A stretch of DNA of 64,000 nt from an uncultured Nitrospinota bacterium (GTDB lineage Bacteria; Tectomicrobia; Entotheonellia; J063; CAVPRW01): the NCBI GenBank assembly GCA_963707985.1, contig CAVPRW010000034.1:1-64000 (forward strand), read 5' to 3'. The number at the start of each line of letters is the position of its first letter. Position 1 is the first letter of the stretch. Below, piece by piece: positions 45,657 to 59,122 of this stretch. The translations under genes were made by a program, and so were the position numbers. The notes under the pieces were generated by a model, which did no database searches, was not told where the DNA came from, and saw only the letters and a program-made list of their open reading frames with translations.

Positions 45657-46082
45657 ATGGCAAAAGAAGTCATGGCATCGGTCAAACTCCAACTATCAGC
45701 CGGGGTGGCAAATCCCTCACCTCCCGTGGGGCCTGCTCTGGGTCAACACGGTGTGAACATTATGGAATTTTGTAAAGCCTTCAATGCCCAGACGAAAGGC
45801 CAAGAAGGTACTATTGTACCGGTGGTGGTGACCATCTTCACGGACCGCTCCTTTACCTTTATTACGAAATCCCCACCAGCGCCTGTCTTGTTGAAAAAGG
45901 CTGCTGGTATCGCCAAAGGCTCAGCGGAGCCGAATCGCAGTCGAGTGGGGCAGGTCAGCCGTGAGCAGATCCGCGAAATTGCCCAATTGAAGGGGAAAGA
46001 CCTCAATAGTTATGATCTTGAAGCCGCGATGAAAACGATCGAGGGAACCGCTCGGAGTATGGGGATCGAGGTCATCCCCTAA
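45657..46082 (+). CDS. rplK: 50S ribosomal protein L11
   Basis: [22 protein letters not shown]. Confidence 0.98.
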   Translation: MAKEVMASVKLQLSAGVANPSPPVGPALGQHGVNIMEFCKAFNAQTKGQEGTIVPVVVTIFTDRSFTFITKSPPAPVLLKKAAGIAKGSAEPNRSRVGQVSREQIREIAQLKGKDLNSYDLEAAMKTIEGTARSMGIEVIP

Positions 46083-46105
46083 GGCTGATTGTGAGGGAGA
46101 TAATC

Positions 46106-46813
46106 ATGCCGGATTATGGCAAGAGATACGCGACCGCTAGAAGTCTCGTCGACCGCACGAAACGTTATGATCTTCCTGAGGCCCTATCGCTGGTGAAAAA
46201 AATCCACCCGGCGAAGTTTGACGAGACAGTGGAGATGGCGGTACGTCTAGGGGTCGATCCGCGCCATGCGGATCAGATGATCCGCGGAAGCGTGGTAATG
46301 CCGCACGGCATTGGAAAAGTGCCTCGGGTATTAGTCTTTGCCAAGGGTGAAAAAGAAAAAGAGGCGCTAGAGGCCGGTGCGGATCACGTGGGAGCTGAAG
46401 ATTTAGTCACCAAAATCCAGCAAGAGGGATGGCTGGAATTCGACCGCGCTGTAGCAACGCCGGATATGATGAGCCTAGTTGGTCGTTTGGGTAGGCTCCT
46501 GGGGCCGCGTGGGCTGATGCCAAACCCCAAGTCTGGCACCGTTACGTTTGAGGTCGGGCGTGTGGTGCGGGAGATCAAGGCGGGCAAGGTCGAATTTCGG
46601 GTCGATAAGGCAGGCATCATTCATGCTCCAGTTGGGAAGGTCAGTTTCGCTGATGATGCCCTAGTAGAGAACGCTCGCGCCATCATCGATACGCTGATTC
46701 GATTGAAGCCGGCATCGAGCAAAGGCCAGTATATTCGAGGCATTGCCATATCGTCAACGATGGGCCCAGGTGTCAAGGTCGACCCGACACAAGCCGCCGC
46801 CACACCGCGATAG
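46106..46813 (+). CDS. rplA: 50S ribosomal protein L1
   Basis: [24 protein letters not shown]. Confidence 0.98.
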   Translation: MPDYGKRYATARSLVDRTKRYDLPEALSLVKKIHPAKFDETVEMAVRLGVDPRHADQMIRGSVVMPHGIGKVPRVLVFAKGEKEKEALEAGADHVGAEDLVTKIQQEGWLEFDRAVATPDMMSLVGRLGRLLGPRGLMPNPKSGTVTFEVGRVVREIKAGKVEFRVDKAGIIHAPVGKVSFADDALVENARAIIDTLIRLKPASSKGQYIRGIAISSTMGPGVKVDPTQAAATPR

Positions 46814-46835
46814 TTAAGTCCGGAGGTAGGGGAGC

Positions 46836-47372
46836 GTGGGAGAAGGTACACGAGTCAAGTCAGAAAAGATAGAAGCCGTGACTGAATTGCACGAAAAGTT
46901 GGCCCGTGCAGTCTCGGCGGTGTTGGCAGACTTTCGCGGTCTTACAGTACAAGAGATCACAGACCTGCGGCAGCAGTTACGGGAAGCATCCCTCGAATTA
47001 GCAGTCGTGAAAAATACGTTAGCACGCCTTGCAGTCCAGGAAACAGCGTTTGAGAGATTATCGCCGTACCTAAAGGGCCCGACGTCTATCACCTTTAGCT
47101 ATCGCGACAGCGTAGCACCAGCGAAGGTCCTTAGCGCCTATGTCAGGAAGCAGCCGAAGTTGGTGGTGCGAGCCGGATTGTTCGAAGGAGAGCTCGTCCC
47201 TGCCGAGAAGATTGCCGAGATCGCCGATTTACCGCCACGTGACGTGATACTCGCACAGGCACTGGCCGCCATGCAAGGCCCGCTGGCTGGTCTGGTGGGG
47301 ACATTACAGGGTGTTTTAAGCACTTTTATCGGAACCCTGCAAGCCATACACGACAAGAAAGCGCAAGGGTAG
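46836..47372 (+). CDS. rplJ: 50S ribosomal protein L10
   Basis: DFRGLTV, VVKNTLA, LKGPT; start uncertain. Confidence 0.94.
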   Translation: MGEGTRVKSEKIEAVTELHEKLARAVSAVLADFRGLTVQEITDLRQQLREASLELAVVKNTLARLAVQETAFERLSPYLKGPTSITFSYRDSVAPAKVLSAYVRKQPKLVVRAGLFEGELVPAEKIAEIADLPPRDVILAQALAAMQGPLAGLVGTLQGVLSTFIGTLQAIHDKKAQG

Positions 47373-47381
47373 GAGGAAATC

Positions 47382-47762
47382 ATGCCCGACATCACACGGG
47401 AGGATGTGGTCACTTTTATCGAAAATATGACCGTCTTGGAGCTGTCACAGTTCGTCAAAGACCTCCAGGAGCGATTCGGCGTCTCAGCTGCAATGCCGAT
47501 GGCTATGCCACAGGGGGGAGGAGCCACCGCCGAAGCACCGCAAGAGGAAAAAACCGAATTCGACGTCGTTCTCAGCGGCGCCGGCGACAAGAAGATTCAG
47601 GTCATTAAAGTAGTGCGAGCCATTACGGGCTTGGGATTAAAGGAGGCTAAAGACCTCGTTGACGGAGCACCCAAACCAGTCAAAGAGAAGATCAGCAAAG
47701 ATGAAGCCGACGAACTGAAAAAACAGCTTGAAGAGGTTGGCGCCGCAGTCGAGATCAAGTGA
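47382..47762 (+). CDS. rplL: 50S ribosomal protein L7/L12
   Basis: [19 protein letters not shown]. Confidence 0.98.
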   Translation: MPDITREDVVTFIENMTVLELSQFVKDLQERFGVSAAMPMAMPQGGGATAEAPQEEKTEFDVVLSGAGDKKIQVIKVVRAITGLGLKEAKDLVDGAPKPVKEKISKDEADELKKQLEEVGAAVEIK

Positions 47763-47765
47763 GAG

Positions 47766-50700
47766 GTGACCAGCATGGCGAAGGTGGACGTTTCGCTGGA
47801 TCTTAACAAACATCGGCAGCGCAAGGATTATGCCAGAATCTCCACCGTCATCAATATTCCCAACTTGATCGAGGTGCAGAAAGATTCGTACACCCGGTTC
47901 CTGCAAAAAGATCGGCACCCGAAGCAACGGGAAGATCGAGGCTTGGAGTCGGTGTTCCGCAGCATCTTCCCGATCAGTGACTTTAACGAAGTGGCGTTCC
48001 TCGAATATGTCGGCTACGAAATCGGAACGTGGGAATGTGACTGCGGCGAATACAAAAGTCTGGGCGGCGAAGGCGTAGAATGCGAAAAATGCGGGAAGAA
48101 CCTTCTCTATAAAGAGAAATATGATATGGAAGAATGCCGCCAACGCGGCATGACGTATGCTGATCCGTTGCGCATCATGGTCCAACTCGTGGTCTCAGAA
48201 CGGGATGAGGAAACCAGCGAGATTCGCATTCGCGATGTCAAAGAGCAAAAGGTGTACCTGGGGGAAATTCCCCTGATGACGGACAAGGGCACGTTCATCA
48301 TCAATGGTACCGAGCGTGTCATCGTCAGTCAGCTCCACCGCTCTCCCGGTGTTTTCTTCAACGCTGAGAAAGTCCGCGGGGCGAGCGGGAATGTGATGTA
48401 TTCAGCACGCATCATCCCCTACCGCGGCTCGTGGCTGGATTTCGAGTTCGATAGTAAGGGAACGTTGTTTGCCCGCATCGATCGACGCCGGAAACTTCCC
48501 GTGACGATCCTGTTACAAGCCCTGGGCTACAGCAGTGAGCAAGTCCTGAGGGCCTTCTACCCCATCGAACATGTGGTGTACGAGACCGCCCGCGGGGTGT
48601 TTGAGAAACGCGTTTCGGAGTTATTAACCGGGCAGACGCCATCGGAAGATATCGTCGATCCGAAGAGCGGCGAGATGATTGTCAAAGCCGATCGCAAAAT
48701 CTCCAGGGCGGCGGCAAAGCGCCTGACGTCAGCAGGACTCGAGACAGTGCCGATTGGTACGGACGAACTGTTAGGTAAATATTTAGCTCATGATGTGATC
48801 GACGAGACCACGGGTGAGGTGGTAGTGGCGATCAATGAGGAGGTCACCCCTGACGTCCTAGATAAAATTCGTCTCAAAGGGATTCGAGAGTTCTCCCTTC
48901 TGTACATGGAAAACCCGCGGTTAGACACCTGTCTGCGTGACACAGTAGCCAGCGATAAATCGCGCACGCAAGAGGAAGCATTGCTGGAGATCTACCGGCG
49001 ATTACGACCGGGTGACCCACCGACGAAAGAGACGGCGAAAGCGCTTTTCGAGAACTTATTCTTTAACGCCAAACGCTACGACCTCTCAGAAATCGGACGC
49101 TGGAAGCTGAACCATAAGCTACAAGAAACGTTCGACAAGCTCGAGCTGACCTTACCCCCGGCAGAGCATCGAACCTTAACTGAGGCTGATATTGTGGCCG
49201 TGATTGGCTATCTCCTTGACCTTCGCAAGGGGCGCGGGACAGTCGACGATATCGACCATCTCGGGAACCGGCGCGTGCGATCAGTCGGAGAACTCCTGGA
49301 AAACCAATTTCGTATCGGTTTGATCCGCATGGAGCGTGCCATTCGCGAGCGCATGAGCATTCATGACCTCGACCAAGTGATGCCACACGACCTCATCAGC
49401 TTCAAGCCGGTGTCGGCGGCAATCAAGGAATTCTTTGGCAGCAGTCAGCTATCGCAGTTCATGGATCAGACCAATCCGCTTTCGGAGCTGACCCATAAAC
49501 GCCGCCTCAGCGCTTTGGGCCCAGGAGGTTTGACACGTGATCGTGCGGGGTTCGAGGTGCGTGATGTTCATCCCACGCACTATGGGCGGATCTGTCCGAT
49601 CGAAACCCCTGAAGGGCCGAATATCGGCCTTATTGCGTCGCTCAGTACCTATGCACGTGTCAACAAATTGGGGTTTATCGAATCACCTTATCGCAAAGTA
49701 CGGGGTGGGCGAGTCACCGATGAAGTCGACTTTTTATCAGCCGTCGAAGAAGATCGATACGTCATCGCTCAAGCCAGCGCTGAACTCGACTCTGACGGGC
49801 GGTTTGCCCGTGACATCGTTCCAGCTCGCAAGGGCAGCGAATTCTTGTTGGTGCCAGTGGATGAAATCGATTACATGGATGTGTCGCCGAAACAGCTTGT
49901 CAGCGTCGCCGCATCGCTTATTCCCTTTCTAGAGAATGATGATGCGAACCGCGCCTTGATGGGTTCCAACATGCAGCGACAGGCGGTCCCCTTGCTGTGT
50001 ACGGAAGCCCCATTGATTGGGACCGGAATGGAGTACATCGCAGCCCGAGATTCCGGGGCTGTACTGGTCGCCAGACATCCTGGTACAGTAGTCAGCGTTG
50101 ATGCCACGCGCATCGTGGTGCGAGCCGAGCCGCCCAGCGACACACAACGCCTGGAAGCTAAGGTTGACATCTATAACCTGACCAAATTTCAGCGGTCGAA
50201 CCAGAACACCTGCATCAACCAAAAGCCCGTGGTTCATGTGGGAGACCGAGTGGAATGTGGTGAGGCCATCGCCGATGGGCCTGCCACCGATGCTGGCGAA
50301 TTGGCCTTGGGACAAAACGTGCTAGTGGCCTTCATGCCTTGGGGGGGCTATAACTTCGAAGACGCTATCGTCGTCAGCGAGCGATTGGTGAAGCGTGACC
50401 GCTTTACCTCCATCCATATCGAGGAGTTCGAGGTTGAAGCCCGAGATACGAAGCAAGGCAAAGAAGAAATCACTCGCGATATCCCCAACGTGGGTGAAGA
50501 GGCGCTTAAAGATCTCGATGAAAGCGGTATTATCCGCATTGGGGCCAAGGTAAAACCGGGCGACTACTTGGTCGGAAAGGTTACGCCTAAGGGAGAGACA
50601 CAACTTAGTCCTGAGGAAAAGCTGCTGAAGGCGATCTTCGGTGAGAAGGCTGGCGACGTGCGGGACACATCCTTAACCGTGCCTCCTGGTGTGGAAGGGA

Positions 50701-51866
50701 CTGTAGTGGGCGTCCGAGTGTTTTCCCGCAAGGGACTCGATAAAGATCTTCGGGCGCGAGCTATCGAAGACGAGGAGGTGCGACGTATCGAGAAAGATTC
50801 TGCAGAGGAGCGGCAGATCCTAGAGAGTGAGCGTGACCAGCGCATTCGAGAACTGCTCGTGGGACAAAGAGTCGGCCAAGAGGTGCGCGATCCCGAAACT
50901 GGGGTGGTATTCCTCAAGAAGGGGGCGACCTTGACCTCCGACATCCTGGCACGTTTCGTGGGCTGGGCACTGTTGGATTTGCCTCTTGCTGAGCGCGATG
51001 GCCCCGTCAGTGCCGTCGAAACGTTATGGGAACGTGTACGCGATCAGGTCCAGCGCTTGCAGGATCTTTGTGAGGAGAAAACCTCCAAGGTTCGCAAGGG
51101 AGATGAACTCCCACCCGGGGTGCTAAAGCTGGTGAAGGTGTATATCTCCATGAAGCGGAAGCTGTCTGTTGGCGACAAAATGGCCGGCCGCCATGGCAAT
51201 AAGGGTGTGGTCTCAGTGATCGTTCCCGAAGAGGATATGCCACGAATGGCCGACGGCACCCCAGTCGACCTAATTCTCAACCCTCTGGGGGTGCCTTCGC
51301 GGATGAACGTTGGGCAAATTCTCGAATCCCATCTGGGTTGGGCCGCCGAACATCTGGGACTGTACATTGCCTCTCCGGTTTTTGATGGGGCTCGCGAGGA
51401 GGACATTAAGCAACTGCTCGCTGAAGCGGGATTGCCACAGACAGGGAATACGATTCTGTATGACGGCAAGACCGGTGAGCCGTTCGATCAGAAAGTGACG
51501 GTAGGCTATATTTATATGATGAAGCTGCATCACCTGGTTGATGATAAAATTCACGCTCGTTCCACGGGTCCATACTCTCTTGTCACACAGCAGCCACTGG
51601 GAGGCAAAGCGCAGTTTGGCGGACAACGTTTGGGTGAAATGGAAGTTTGGGCGCTCGAAGCCTATGGGGCCGCATATACCTTACAAGAGATGTTGACCGT
51701 TAAATCCGACGATGTGGCTGGGCGCACCCGTATGTATGAAGCGATCGTGAAAGGTGACAATACCCTCGACGCCAGCCTACCAGAGTCGTTCAATGTTCTG
51801 GTCAAGGAACTGCAGAGCCTTTGCCTTGACGTTGAATTGATCAAGAGCGACGGACAGGCCCATTAA
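47766..51866 (+). CDS. rpoB: RNA polymerase beta subunit
   Basis: [42 protein letters not shown]. Confidence 0.99.
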   Translation: MTSMAKVDVSLDLNKHRQRKDYARISTVINIPNLIEVQKDSYTRFLQKDRHPKQREDRGLESVFRSIFPISDFNEVAFLEYVGYEIGTWECDCGEYKSLGGEGVECEKCGKNLLYKEKYDMEECRQRGMTYADPLRIMVQLVVSERDEETSEIRIRDVKEQKVYLGEIPLMTDKGTFIINGTERVIVSQLHRSPGVFFNAEKVRGASGNVMYSARIIPYRGSWLDFEFDSKGTLFARIDRRRKLPVTILLQALGYSSEQVLRAFYPIEHVVYETARGVFEKRVSELLTGQTPSEDIVDPKSGEMIVKADRKISRAAAKRLTSAGLETVPIGTDELLGKYLAHDVIDETTGEVVVAINEEVTPDVLDKIRLKGIREFSLLYMENPRLDTCLRDTVASDKSRTQEEALLEIYRRLRPGDPPTKETAKALFENLFFNAKRYDLSEIGRWKLNHKLQETFDKLELTLPPAEHRTLTEADIVAVIGYLLDLRKGRGTVDDIDHLGNRRVRSVGELLENQFRIGLIRMERAIRERMSIHDLDQVMPHDLISFKPVSAAIKEFFGSSQLSQFMDQTNPLSELTHKRRLSALGPGGLTRDRAGFEVRDVHPTHYGRICPIETPEGPNIGLIASLSTYARVNKLGFIESPYRKVRGGRVTDEVDFLSAVEEDRYVIAQASAELDSDGRFARDIVPARKGSEFLLVPVDEIDYMDVSPKQLVSVAASLIPFLENDDANRALMGSNMQRQAVPLLCTEAPLIGTGMEYIAARDSGAVLVARHPGTVVSVDATRIVVRAEPPSDTQRLEAKVDIYNLTKFQRSNQNTCINQKPVVHVGDRVECGEAIADGPATDAGELALGQNVLVAFMPWGGYNFEDAIVVSERLVKRDRFTSIHIEEFEVEARDTKQGKEEITRDIPNVGEEALKDLDESGIIRIGAKVKPGDYLVGKVTPKGETQLSPEEKLLKAIFGEKAGDVRDTSLTVPPGVEGTVVGVRVFSRKGLDKDLRARAIEDEEVRRIEKDSAEERQILESERDQRIRELLVGQRVGQEVRDPETGVVFLKKGATLTSDILARFVGWALLDLPLAERDGPVSAVETLWERVRDQVQRLQDLCEEKTSKVRKGDELPPGVLKLVKVYISMKRKLSVGDKMAGRHGNKGVVSVIVPEEDMPRMADGTPVDLILNPLGVPSRMNVGQILESHLGWAAEHLGLYIASPVFDGAREEDIKQLLAEAGLPQTGNTILYDGKTGEPFDQKVTVGYIYMMKLHHLVDDKIHARSTGPYSLVTQQPLGGKAQFGGQRLGEMEVWALEAYGAAYTLQEMLTVKSDDVAGRTRMYEAIVKGDNTLDASLPESFNVLVKELQSLCLDVELIKSDGQAH

Positions 51867-51924
51867 CTAATGCATTGGCGTGGTCAGGATGGTGGTCGGA
51901 GCGCTTCGCTGAGGAGGAACGGGT

Positions 51925-54900
51925 TTGGACAGCATTCTGGAACTTTTTGAAAAACCTAAGGAGCCCCTTGATTTTGATGGCATTCGCATTCGGATCGCAT
52001 CGCCGGCGAAAATCCGCGAATGGTCGCATGGTGAGGTGAGGAAGCCCGAGACCATCAACTATCGAACCTTTAAACCTGAGCGCGATGGGCTTTTCTGCGC
52101 CAAGATTTTCGGCCCAACAAAAGATTGGGAGTGTAATTGCGGGAAATACAAGCGCATGAAGCATCGCGGCATCGTGTGCGAGAAATGCGGCGTTGAGGTC
52201 ATCCAATCAAAAGTACGCCGTGAACGCCTCGGACATATTGAACTGGCCTGCCCCGTGTCCCATGTGTGGTTCTTTAAGGGATTACCCAGTCGCATTGGCA
52301 ATCTCCTCGATATGTCGCTGCGGGAGTTGGAGCAGATCCTCTATTTCGAGAAGTATGTGGTCATCGATCCCGGTGAGACGCCTATCCCCGAGAAGGAGTT
52401 ACTGAGCGAAGAAAAGTATCGGGAATATAGGCAGGAATACGGCGACCGCTTTAGGGCAGGCATGGGAGCGGAAGCGATCCGGGAGATGCTGCAGAGTCTC
52501 GATATCGAGCAACTTGCAGCCCAGCTCAAGGTCGAAGTCGCCGATGCGACATCGACGCAGCGAAAGAAGAAGCTTGCCAAACGGCTACGGTTGGTGGAGG
52601 CTTTCCGCAAGTCGGGAAATCGCCCCGAATGGATGATTCTTGAAGTCGTGCCGGTTATTCCGCCGGAGCTGCGCCCCTTGGTACCGTTGGATGGAGGCCG
52701 TTTCGCCACTTCTGACCTAAATGACCTCTATCGCCGCGTCATCAATCGCAATAATCGGCTTGTCCGGCTGCAAGAGCTCAAGGCTCCGGAAATCATCATC
52801 CGCAATGAGAAGCGCATGCTGCAGGAGGCCGTCGATGCCTTGTTCGACAATGGCCGTCGAGGACGCCCACTGCGGGGCCCGAACAAACGCCCACTCAAGT
52901 CTCTCAGCGACATGCTGAAGGGCAAGCAGGGACGGTTCCGCCAGAACTTGCTGGGCAAACGAGTCGACTATTCAGGCCGTTCGGTAATAGTGGTGGGTCC
53001 CGAGCTGAAGATGCATCAGTGCGGCCTGCCAAAAAAGATGGCGATCGAGCTCTTTAAGCCATTTATCTATCACAAATTGGAAGAGAAAGGTTATGTGGCG
53101 ACGTTGAAGAGCGCCAAACGGATGGTCGAGAAAGAACGCCCTGAGGTCTGGGACGTCCTCGATGAGATCATCCGCGAATATCCGGTCCTGCTGAACCGTG
53201 CACCGACTTTGCATCGTTTAGGGATTCAGGCCTTCGAACCAGTGTTAGTGGAAGGCAAGGCCATAAAAATCCATCCGCTGGTGTGTGCTGCTTTCAATGC
53301 CGACTTCGACGGCGACCAGATGGCCGTACATATCCCGCTGTCGATCGAAGCGCAGACCGAAGCACGGGCTTTGATGCTATCAACAAACAATATCCTTTCG
53401 CCAGCCCACGGTAAGCCTCTGACCATTCCCAGCCAGGATATGGTGTTGGGCTGCTACTACCTAACCAAAGTGCGCGGCGGGGCCAAGGGTGAGGGACGCA
53501 TTTTTTCGAATTTTTCCGAAGTGCGCATCGCCTACGACCAAGGAGTTGTCGCCCTACAAGCGCGCATTAAAGTGCGTCTGAACGGTGAACTAGTCGACAC
53601 GACGGTGGGCCGTGTGCTGTTCTATGAGAGCGTGCCGAAGGAATTGGTCTTTTCGAGTGTGAACCGTCAGATGGACAAACGCGCCATGTCTGAGCTGGTG
53701 GGTGAATGTTACCTCCGCTGCGGCCAGGATGGCGCCGTTGAATTTCTAGAAAACCTCAAGCAAATTGGTTTTCAGTATGCGACACAATCGGGCATGTCCA
53801 TCTCCATCGAAGACATGCGGGTGCCACAACTGAAAGAAGAGCTGGTGGAAAAGGCTCGCAATGAGGTGATCGAAGTCGAAAAGCAATATCGCGATGGTCT
53901 CATCACCAAGGGGGAACGTTACAACAAGATCATCGACATTTGGGCTCATGTCACCGAGCAGATCTCCGACGAGATGTTTCGCGAGATGGAGGCGGAGGAT
54001 GAACGTCTCATGCGCGGCGAGGCCGGTGATGGCTCTCAATTCAACCCGATCTTCATCATGGCAGATTCGGGGGCCCGCGGCGGTATTCAGCAGATACGCC
54101 AGCTGGCAGGGATGCGTGGTTTGATGGCAAAACCTTCTGGCGAGATCATCGAGACGCCGGTGACCTCGAACTTCCGTGAGGGCCTCACCGTGTTGCAGTA
54201 CTTTATTTCGACTCACGGAGCCCGCAAGGGGTTGGCAGACACCGCACTCAAAACGGCGAACTCAGGATATCTGACCCGACGCTTGGTGGATGTTGCTCAG
54301 GATGTGATCGCGGTTCAGCTCGATTGTGGAACGGTTGACTCCATTGAGGTCAGTGCTCTCATCGAAGGCGGTGAAATCATTGAACCGCTGGTTGACCGCG
54401 TCGTCGGGCGCTTCGCGGCAGAGGATGTCAGTGATCCATTCACTGGTGAGGTGCTCGTCCCCGCCAACACCGAAATCGATGAGGATACCGCCCAACGCAT
54501 CGAAGACCGCGGTATTGAACATGTGAAAGTGCGTTCGATGCTGACCTGCGAAAGCCGTGAGGGTGTCTGCGCCATGTGCTATGGGCGCAATTTGGCTACC
54601 GGCCAGCTGGTGGAGGTGGGTGAGGCCATCGGGATCATCGCCGCCCAGTCGATTGGCGAACCTGGCACGCAGCTCACAATGCGTACCTTCCACATTGGCG
54701 GCACTGCCAGCCGGGTCGTAGAGCAAACGACACAGGTAGCTAAGAAATCTGGGATTGTGCGCTTTTCTAACCTGCGCACCGTCGTCAACAAGGATGGTGA
54801 CATCGTCGTCATGAATCGCAATGGCAGCGTCATGATCCTTGATGACCAGGGTCGCGAGCGTGAGCGCTACCCAGTCGTTTATGGGGCTCGAATCAAGGTC

Positions 54901-56055
54901 AAGGATGGGCAGCAGGTGAGCGCCGGTGAGACTATCGTGGAATGGGATCCTTATACGATCTCCATCCTCACCGAGGTCAGCGGGAAAGCGACATTGGTAG
55001 ATATTGTCGAAGGCTTTACCATGAAAGAGGAGGTCGACGAGGTTACCGGCTTGGCTCGTAAAGTCATCGTCGAACATCACGACGAAAGCCGCCAACCCAA
55101 TGTATCGATCCGCGATGGCGAGGGTAAAGTCATCGGCCGTTATATTCTGCCCGCGGGTGCTCATCTGGCAGTGAACGATGGGGACCATGTGGCTGCTGGC
55201 GACGTCATCGCCAAGATCCCTCGTGAAACGACCAAGACCAAAGACATCACCGGTGGTTTGCCGCGTGTGGCCGAGCTGTTCGAGGCGCGCAAACCTAAAG
55301 AACAGGCGGTTATTTCCGAGATCGATGGCGTGGTGAAGTTTGGGGGCTTCCAGAAGGGTGCGCGCAAGGTGCTCGTGGTAGCCGATGATGGGGAAGAGCG
55401 TGAATATCTTATTCCGCGTGGCAAACACGTCTATGTTCACGAAGGAGACCGCGTGCGGGCTGGTGAACCTCTCATGGATGGGGCGGTGAATCCGCATGAC
55501 ATCCTCGATGTCTTAGGACCGAAGGCCGTACAACGCTATCTGGTGAACGAGGTGCAAGAAGTCTACCGACTTCAGGGGGTCACGATCAACGATAAGCACA
55601 TTGAAGCGATCGTGCGCCAGATGATGCGACGCTTAGTGATCGAAGATCCGGGTGATACCGATCTGCTCATCGGCGAGCAGGTGGCACGCGAGCTCTTGAC
55701 GGAGAAAAATGAAGAGGTCAGGCGCAACGGTGGGCAGGAAGCCCGCGGGAAAGCAATCCTCCTGGGTATCACCAAGGCTTCGTTAAGCACAGATAGCTTC
55801 ATTTCCGCCGCATCCTTCCAGGAGACAACGCGTGTACTTACTCAGGCCGCTGTTGGAGGACTGGTCGATCATCTTAAGGGACTGAAAGAAAATGTCATCA
55901 TGGGAAAACTGATCCCCGCAGGAACGGGAGCGAAGCATTATCGGAGGGTGCGAGTTGGTAGTGACGAGGTGACCAACGGCGAGTCTAATGGGCACGAGCT
56001 GCACACGGCGGTAACGTATGCTGACGACGATGAGATGGATGGGGAGGAGGACTAG
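51925..56055 (+). CDS. rpoC: RNA polymerase beta' subunit
   Basis: [11 protein letters not shown]-terminal Zn finger, TQLTMRTFH. Confidence 0.99.
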   Translation: MDSILELFEKPKEPLDFDGIRIRIASPAKIREWSHGEVRKPETINYRTFKPERDGLFCAKIFGPTKDWECNCGKYKRMKHRGIVCEKCGVEVIQSKVRRERLGHIELACPVSHVWFFKGLPSRIGNLLDMSLRELEQILYFEKYVVIDPGETPIPEKELLSEEKYREYRQEYGDRFRAGMGAEAIREMLQSLDIEQLAAQLKVEVADATSTQRKKKLAKRLRLVEAFRKSGNRPEWMILEVVPVIPPELRPLVPLDGGRFATSDLNDLYRRVINRNNRLVRLQELKAPEIIIRNEKRMLQEAVDALFDNGRRGRPLRGPNKRPLKSLSDMLKGKQGRFRQNLLGKRVDYSGRSVIVVGPELKMHQCGLPKKMAIELFKPFIYHKLEEKGYVATLKSAKRMVEKERPEVWDVLDEIIREYPVLLNRAPTLHRLGIQAFEPVLVEGKAIKIHPLVCAAFNADFDGDQMAVHIPLSIEAQTEARALMLSTNNILSPAHGKPLTIPSQDMVLGCYYLTKVRGGAKGEGRIFSNFSEVRIAYDQGVVALQARIKVRLNGELVDTTVGRVLFYESVPKELVFSSVNRQMDKRAMSELVGECYLRCGQDGAVEFLENLKQIGFQYATQSGMSISIEDMRVPQLKEELVEKARNEVIEVEKQYRDGLITKGERYNKIIDIWAHVTEQISDEMFREMEAEDERLMRGEAGDGSQFNPIFIMADSGARGGIQQIRQLAGMRGLMAKPSGEIIETPVTSNFREGLTVLQYFISTHGARKGLADTALKTANSGYLTRRLVDVAQDVIAVQLDCGTVDSIEVSALIEGGEIIEPLVDRVVGRFAAEDVSDPFTGEVLVPANTEIDEDTAQRIEDRGIEHVKVRSMLTCESREGVCAMCYGRNLATGQLVEVGEAIGIIAAQSIGEPGTQLTMRTFHIGGTASRVVEQTTQVAKKSGIVRFSNLRTVVNKDGDIVVMNRNGSVMILDDQGRERERYPVVYGARIKVKDGQQVSAGETIVEWDPYTISILTEVSGKATLVDIVEGFTMKEEVDEVTGLARKVIVEHHDESRQPNVSIRDGEGKVIGRYILPAGAHLAVNDGDHVAAGDVIAKIPRETTKTKDITGGLPRVAELFEARKPKEQAVISEIDGVVKFGGFQKGARKVLVVADDGEEREYLIPRGKHVYVHEGDRVRAGEPLMDGAVNPHDILDVLGPKAVQRYLVNEVQEVYRLQGVTINDKHIEAIVRQMMRRLVIEDPGDTDLLIGEQVARELLTEKNEEVRRNGGQEARGKAILLGITKASLSTDSFISAASFQETTRVLTQAAVGGLVDHLKGLKENVIMGKLIPAGTGAKHYRRVRVGSDEVTNGESNGHELHTAVTYADDDEMDGEED

Positions 56056-56061
56056 GCTAGG

Positions 56062-56433
56062 ATGCCGACGATCAACCAATTGGTTCGCAAGGGACGAGAG
56101 AAAATCCGCACGCGCACCAGCAGCCCGGCATTGCAACGGAATCCTCAGAAGCGCGGGGTCTGTGTGCGGGTTTACACCACGACACCCAAGAAGCCCAATT
56201 CGGCGCTCCGCAAGGTGGCCCGCGTGCGCCTCACCAATGGCATTGAGGTGAGCACATATATTCCTGGTATCGGCCATAACCTCCAGGAACACGCCATCGT
56301 GTTGATCCGAGGTGGCCGTGTAAAAGACCTTCCCGGAGTTCGCTATCACGTGATCCGCGGGTCCTTAGATACCGCTGGCGTGCAGAATCGACGCCAGAGT
56401 CGGTCCAAGTATGGGGCGAAGCGCCCTAAGTAG
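56062..56433 (+). CDS. rpsL: 30S ribosomal protein S12
   Basis: [22 protein letters not shown]. Confidence 0.99.
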   Translation: MPTINQLVRKGREKIRTRTSSPALQRNPQKRGVCVRVYTTTPKKPNSALRKVARVRLTNGIEVSTYIPGIGHNLQEHAIVLIRGGRVKDLPGVRYHVIRGSLDTAGVQNRRQSRSKYGAKRPK

Positions 56434-56446
56434 GGGGAGTTCATCT

Positions 56447-56917
56447 ATGGCACGACGGCGTGTGGCCGAAAAGCGTGAGCCCCTGCCTGACCCTAAGTTC
56501 CGTGACACATTGGTTACAAAGTTTATCAACGTTCTGATGCTGTGCGGTAAGAAGAGCACCGCTGAGCATATTTTCTATGGGGCTCTCGATCTTGTCGCCG
56601 ATCGCAGCAAGCAAGACCCGCTGAGTATTTTCAAACGCGCGATGGACAACGTGAAGCCAGTGCTGGAGGTGAAATCTCGTCGCGTCGGTGGGTCGACCTA
56701 CCAAGTACCCGTTGAAGTGAGACCTGATCGTCGCCAAGCGCTTAGCGCGCGTTGGATTGTGCAATCGGCCAAGTCACGGAGTGAACGCACTATGCGTCAA
56801 CGGCTTGCTGGCGAGTTGTTGGATGCCTCCAATAACACCGGGGTCGCGATCAAGAAGAAGGAAGATACCCACAAAATGGCCGAAGCCAATAAGGCCTTTG
56901 CGCATTATCGCTGGTAA
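56447..56917 (+). CDS. rpsG: 30S ribosomal protein S7
   Basis: [25 protein letters not shown]. Confidence 0.99.
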   Translation: MARRRVAEKREPLPDPKFRDTLVTKFINVLMLCGKKSTAEHIFYGALDLVADRSKQDPLSIFKRAMDNVKPVLEVKSRRVGGSTYQVPVEVRPDRRQALSARWIVQSAKSRSERTMRQRLAGELLDASNNTGVAIKKKEDTHKMAEANKAFAHYRW

Positions 56918-56934
56918 AACTGAGGACTAGGGTC

Positions 56935-59037
56935 TTGGACCGAGAACAATCGCTCATGAAAATACGCAATATCGGCATCATCGCTCATATTGACGCCGGC
57001 AAGACCACCACAACAGAGCGCATTCTCTACTACACCGGCCGAGCGCATAAAATGGGGGAAGTCCACGAGGGGTCCGCCACTATGGACTGGATGCCCCAGG
57101 AACAGGAGCGCGGCATCACAATCACCTCTGCAGCCACGACGTGTTTCTGGCTAGGACATCAAATCAACATCATCGATACACCTGGCCATGTGGACTTCAC
57201 CGCCGAGGTAGAACGTTCCCTCCGGGTGCTCGATGGAGCCGTTGGTGTGTTCTGTGCTGTGGGAGGAGTTGAACCGCAGTCAGAGACCGTGTGGCGTCAA
57301 GCGGAAAAATATGGTGTACCGCGGATTGCCTTCGTCAACAAGCTGGATCGCATTGGAGCAGATTTTCAGCGCTGCGTCCAGGAGATTCAGGAAAAGTTGG
57401 GTGCTCACCCATTGGTGCTACAGCTACCCTTGGGGATTGAGCAAAGCCTCCAAGGGGTGATCGATCTTATTCGCATGCAGGCTATCGTGTATGATGAGGA
57501 GACGCTTGGATCGACCTACCATATCGAACCGATCCCCGATGTTTTTGTCGCCGAGGCAGAGGCCGCACGCATCCGACTGCTCGAGGCTCTCTCCGAGAAC
57601 GATGACGCCTTTATGATAAAATATTTGGAAGGCGAGAACATCTCTCCAGAAGAGATCGAAACATATATTCGCCAGGAAACCCTGGCAGGTCGGTTAGTAC
57701 CGGTAGTGTGCGGAGCCGCTTTCAAGAACAAGGGGGTTCAACAATTATTGGATGCGATTGTCAAATACCTTCCATCCCCCTTGGATATTCCCGCCGTCCA
57801 CGGATTGAACCCAGACGGCAAGGAGGAAATCCGCGAGGTTGACGTGCATGCACCGGCAGCGGCACTGGTCTTTAAGATCATGACCGACCCCTATGTCGGG
57901 CAATTGACCTTCTTGCGAGTCTATTCAGGAGTATTGCATGTGGGCGATCATGTCCTGAATACTACCAAGGGGGTGCGGGAACGGCTCGGGCGTCTTCTAC
58001 GCATGCATGCCAACAAGCGCGAAGATGTACAGCTCGTGTATGCTGGGGATATCGCTGCGACCGTTGGCCTGAAGCGCACGCTCACTGGCGATACGCTCGC
58101 TGCCGAGGGGGCACCGATCATTCTCGAGTCGATGGCCTTTCCGGAGCCAGTTATTTCTGTAGCCATTGAACCTAAGACTAAAGCCGATCAAGAGAAGTTG
58201 GGTGTGGCGTTGCACAAACTGGCTCAGGAGGATCCGACTTTTAAGATCACCACCGATCGCGAAACCGGCCAGACGCTTATTGCGGGGATGGGAGAACTAC
58301 ACTTAGAGATTCTTGTCGACCGACTGTTCCGAGAGTTCAGCATCGGGGCGAACGTTTCCAAACCACAAGTCGCATATAAAGAGACCATTAAACGAGCCAT
58401 CAAAGCTGAGGGGAAGTTTGTTCGGCAATCAGGAGGTCGTGGCCAGTATGGTCATGTATGGCTTGAAATTGAACCCTTGGAACGTGGAGCTGGGTTCGAG
58501 TTCGTCGACGCAGTGGTCGGTGGAACAGTTCCGCGTGAGTATATTCCAGCCGTCCGACAGGGTGTACAAGAGGCAATGGAGGCCGGGATTTTCGCCGGTT
58601 ACCCAGTCATTGATCTGCGGGTGAAAGTATGTGATGGGTCATATCATGACGTCGATTCATCAGAACTAGCCTTTAAAATCGCGGGATCGATGGCCCTGAA
58701 GGACGGGGCCAAGAAGGCCGGCGGAGTGTTGCTCGAGCCGATCATGGATGTAGAAGTGGTTACCCCCGAGGAGTTTATGGGGGATGTTATCGGGAACCTG
58801 AATTCCCGCCGTGGCAATATTAAAGCGGTGACGACACGAGCAGGAGCGCGGGTGATCTCGGCCCGTGTGCCTCTCTCCGAAATGTTTGGATATGCCACCG
58901 ATCTTCGTTCCTCGTCGCAGGGACGGGCGACATATACGATGCATTTCAGTTCGTACCATGAAGTCCCCTTCAACCTAGAGGAGGAACTCCTCTTCAAAGG
59001 AAAGAAGGGACAAACGGAGAAAGAATTGGCGCTGTAA
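56935..59037 (+). CDS. fusA: Elongation factor G
   Basis: [27 protein letters not shown]. Confidence 0.98.
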   Translation: MDREQSLMKIRNIGIIAHIDAGKTTTTERILYYTGRAHKMGEVHEGSATMDWMPQEQERGITITSAATTCFWLGHQINIIDTPGHVDFTAEVERSLRVLDGAVGVFCAVGGVEPQSETVWRQAEKYGVPRIAFVNKLDRIGADFQRCVQEIQEKLGAHPLVLQLPLGIEQSLQGVIDLIRMQAIVYDEETLGSTYHIEPIPDVFVAEAEAARIRLLEALSENDDAFMIKYLEGENISPEEIETYIRQETLAGRLVPVVCGAAFKNKGVQQLLDAIVKYLPSPLDIPAVHGLNPDGKEEIREVDVHAPAAALVFKIMTDPYVGQLTFLRVYSGVLHVGDHVLNTTKGVRERLGRLLRMHANKREDVQLVYAGDIAATVGLKRTLTGDTLAAEGAPIILESMAFPEPVISVAIEPKTKADQEKLGVALHKLAQEDPTFKITTDRETGQTLIAGMGELHLEILVDRLFREFSIGANVSKPQVAYKETIKRAIKAEGKFVRQSGGRGQYGHVWLEIEPLERGAGFEFVDAVVGGTVPREYIPAVRQGVQEAMEAGIFAGYPVIDLRVKVCDGSYHDVDSSELAFKIAGSMALKDGAKKAGGVLLEPIMDVEVVTPEEFMGDVIGNLNSRRGNIKAVTTRAGARVISARVPLSEMFGYATDLRSSSQGRATYTMHFSSYHEVPFNLEEELLFKGKKGQTEKELAL

Positions 59038-59122
59038 CTCTGACGCATGCGGGCAACCTTCTGGTTGCCTGTGCGATTGTGATGTAGCCAAGTCCACAGT
59101 GCTATTGTAGGAGGAGGGTGGT

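Noticed and set aside
49430..49540. Rifampicin-resistance substitutions in RpoB cluster I
   Set aside because: [23 protein letters not shown] carries the usual sensitive residues.
54262..55497. 411-aa antisense ORF within rpoC, and similar long antisense ORFs over eno, mtnP, ribBA, kdsD and tuf
   Set aside because: These are shadow frames expected from GC-rich codon bias opposite conserved genes, with no recognisable motifs.
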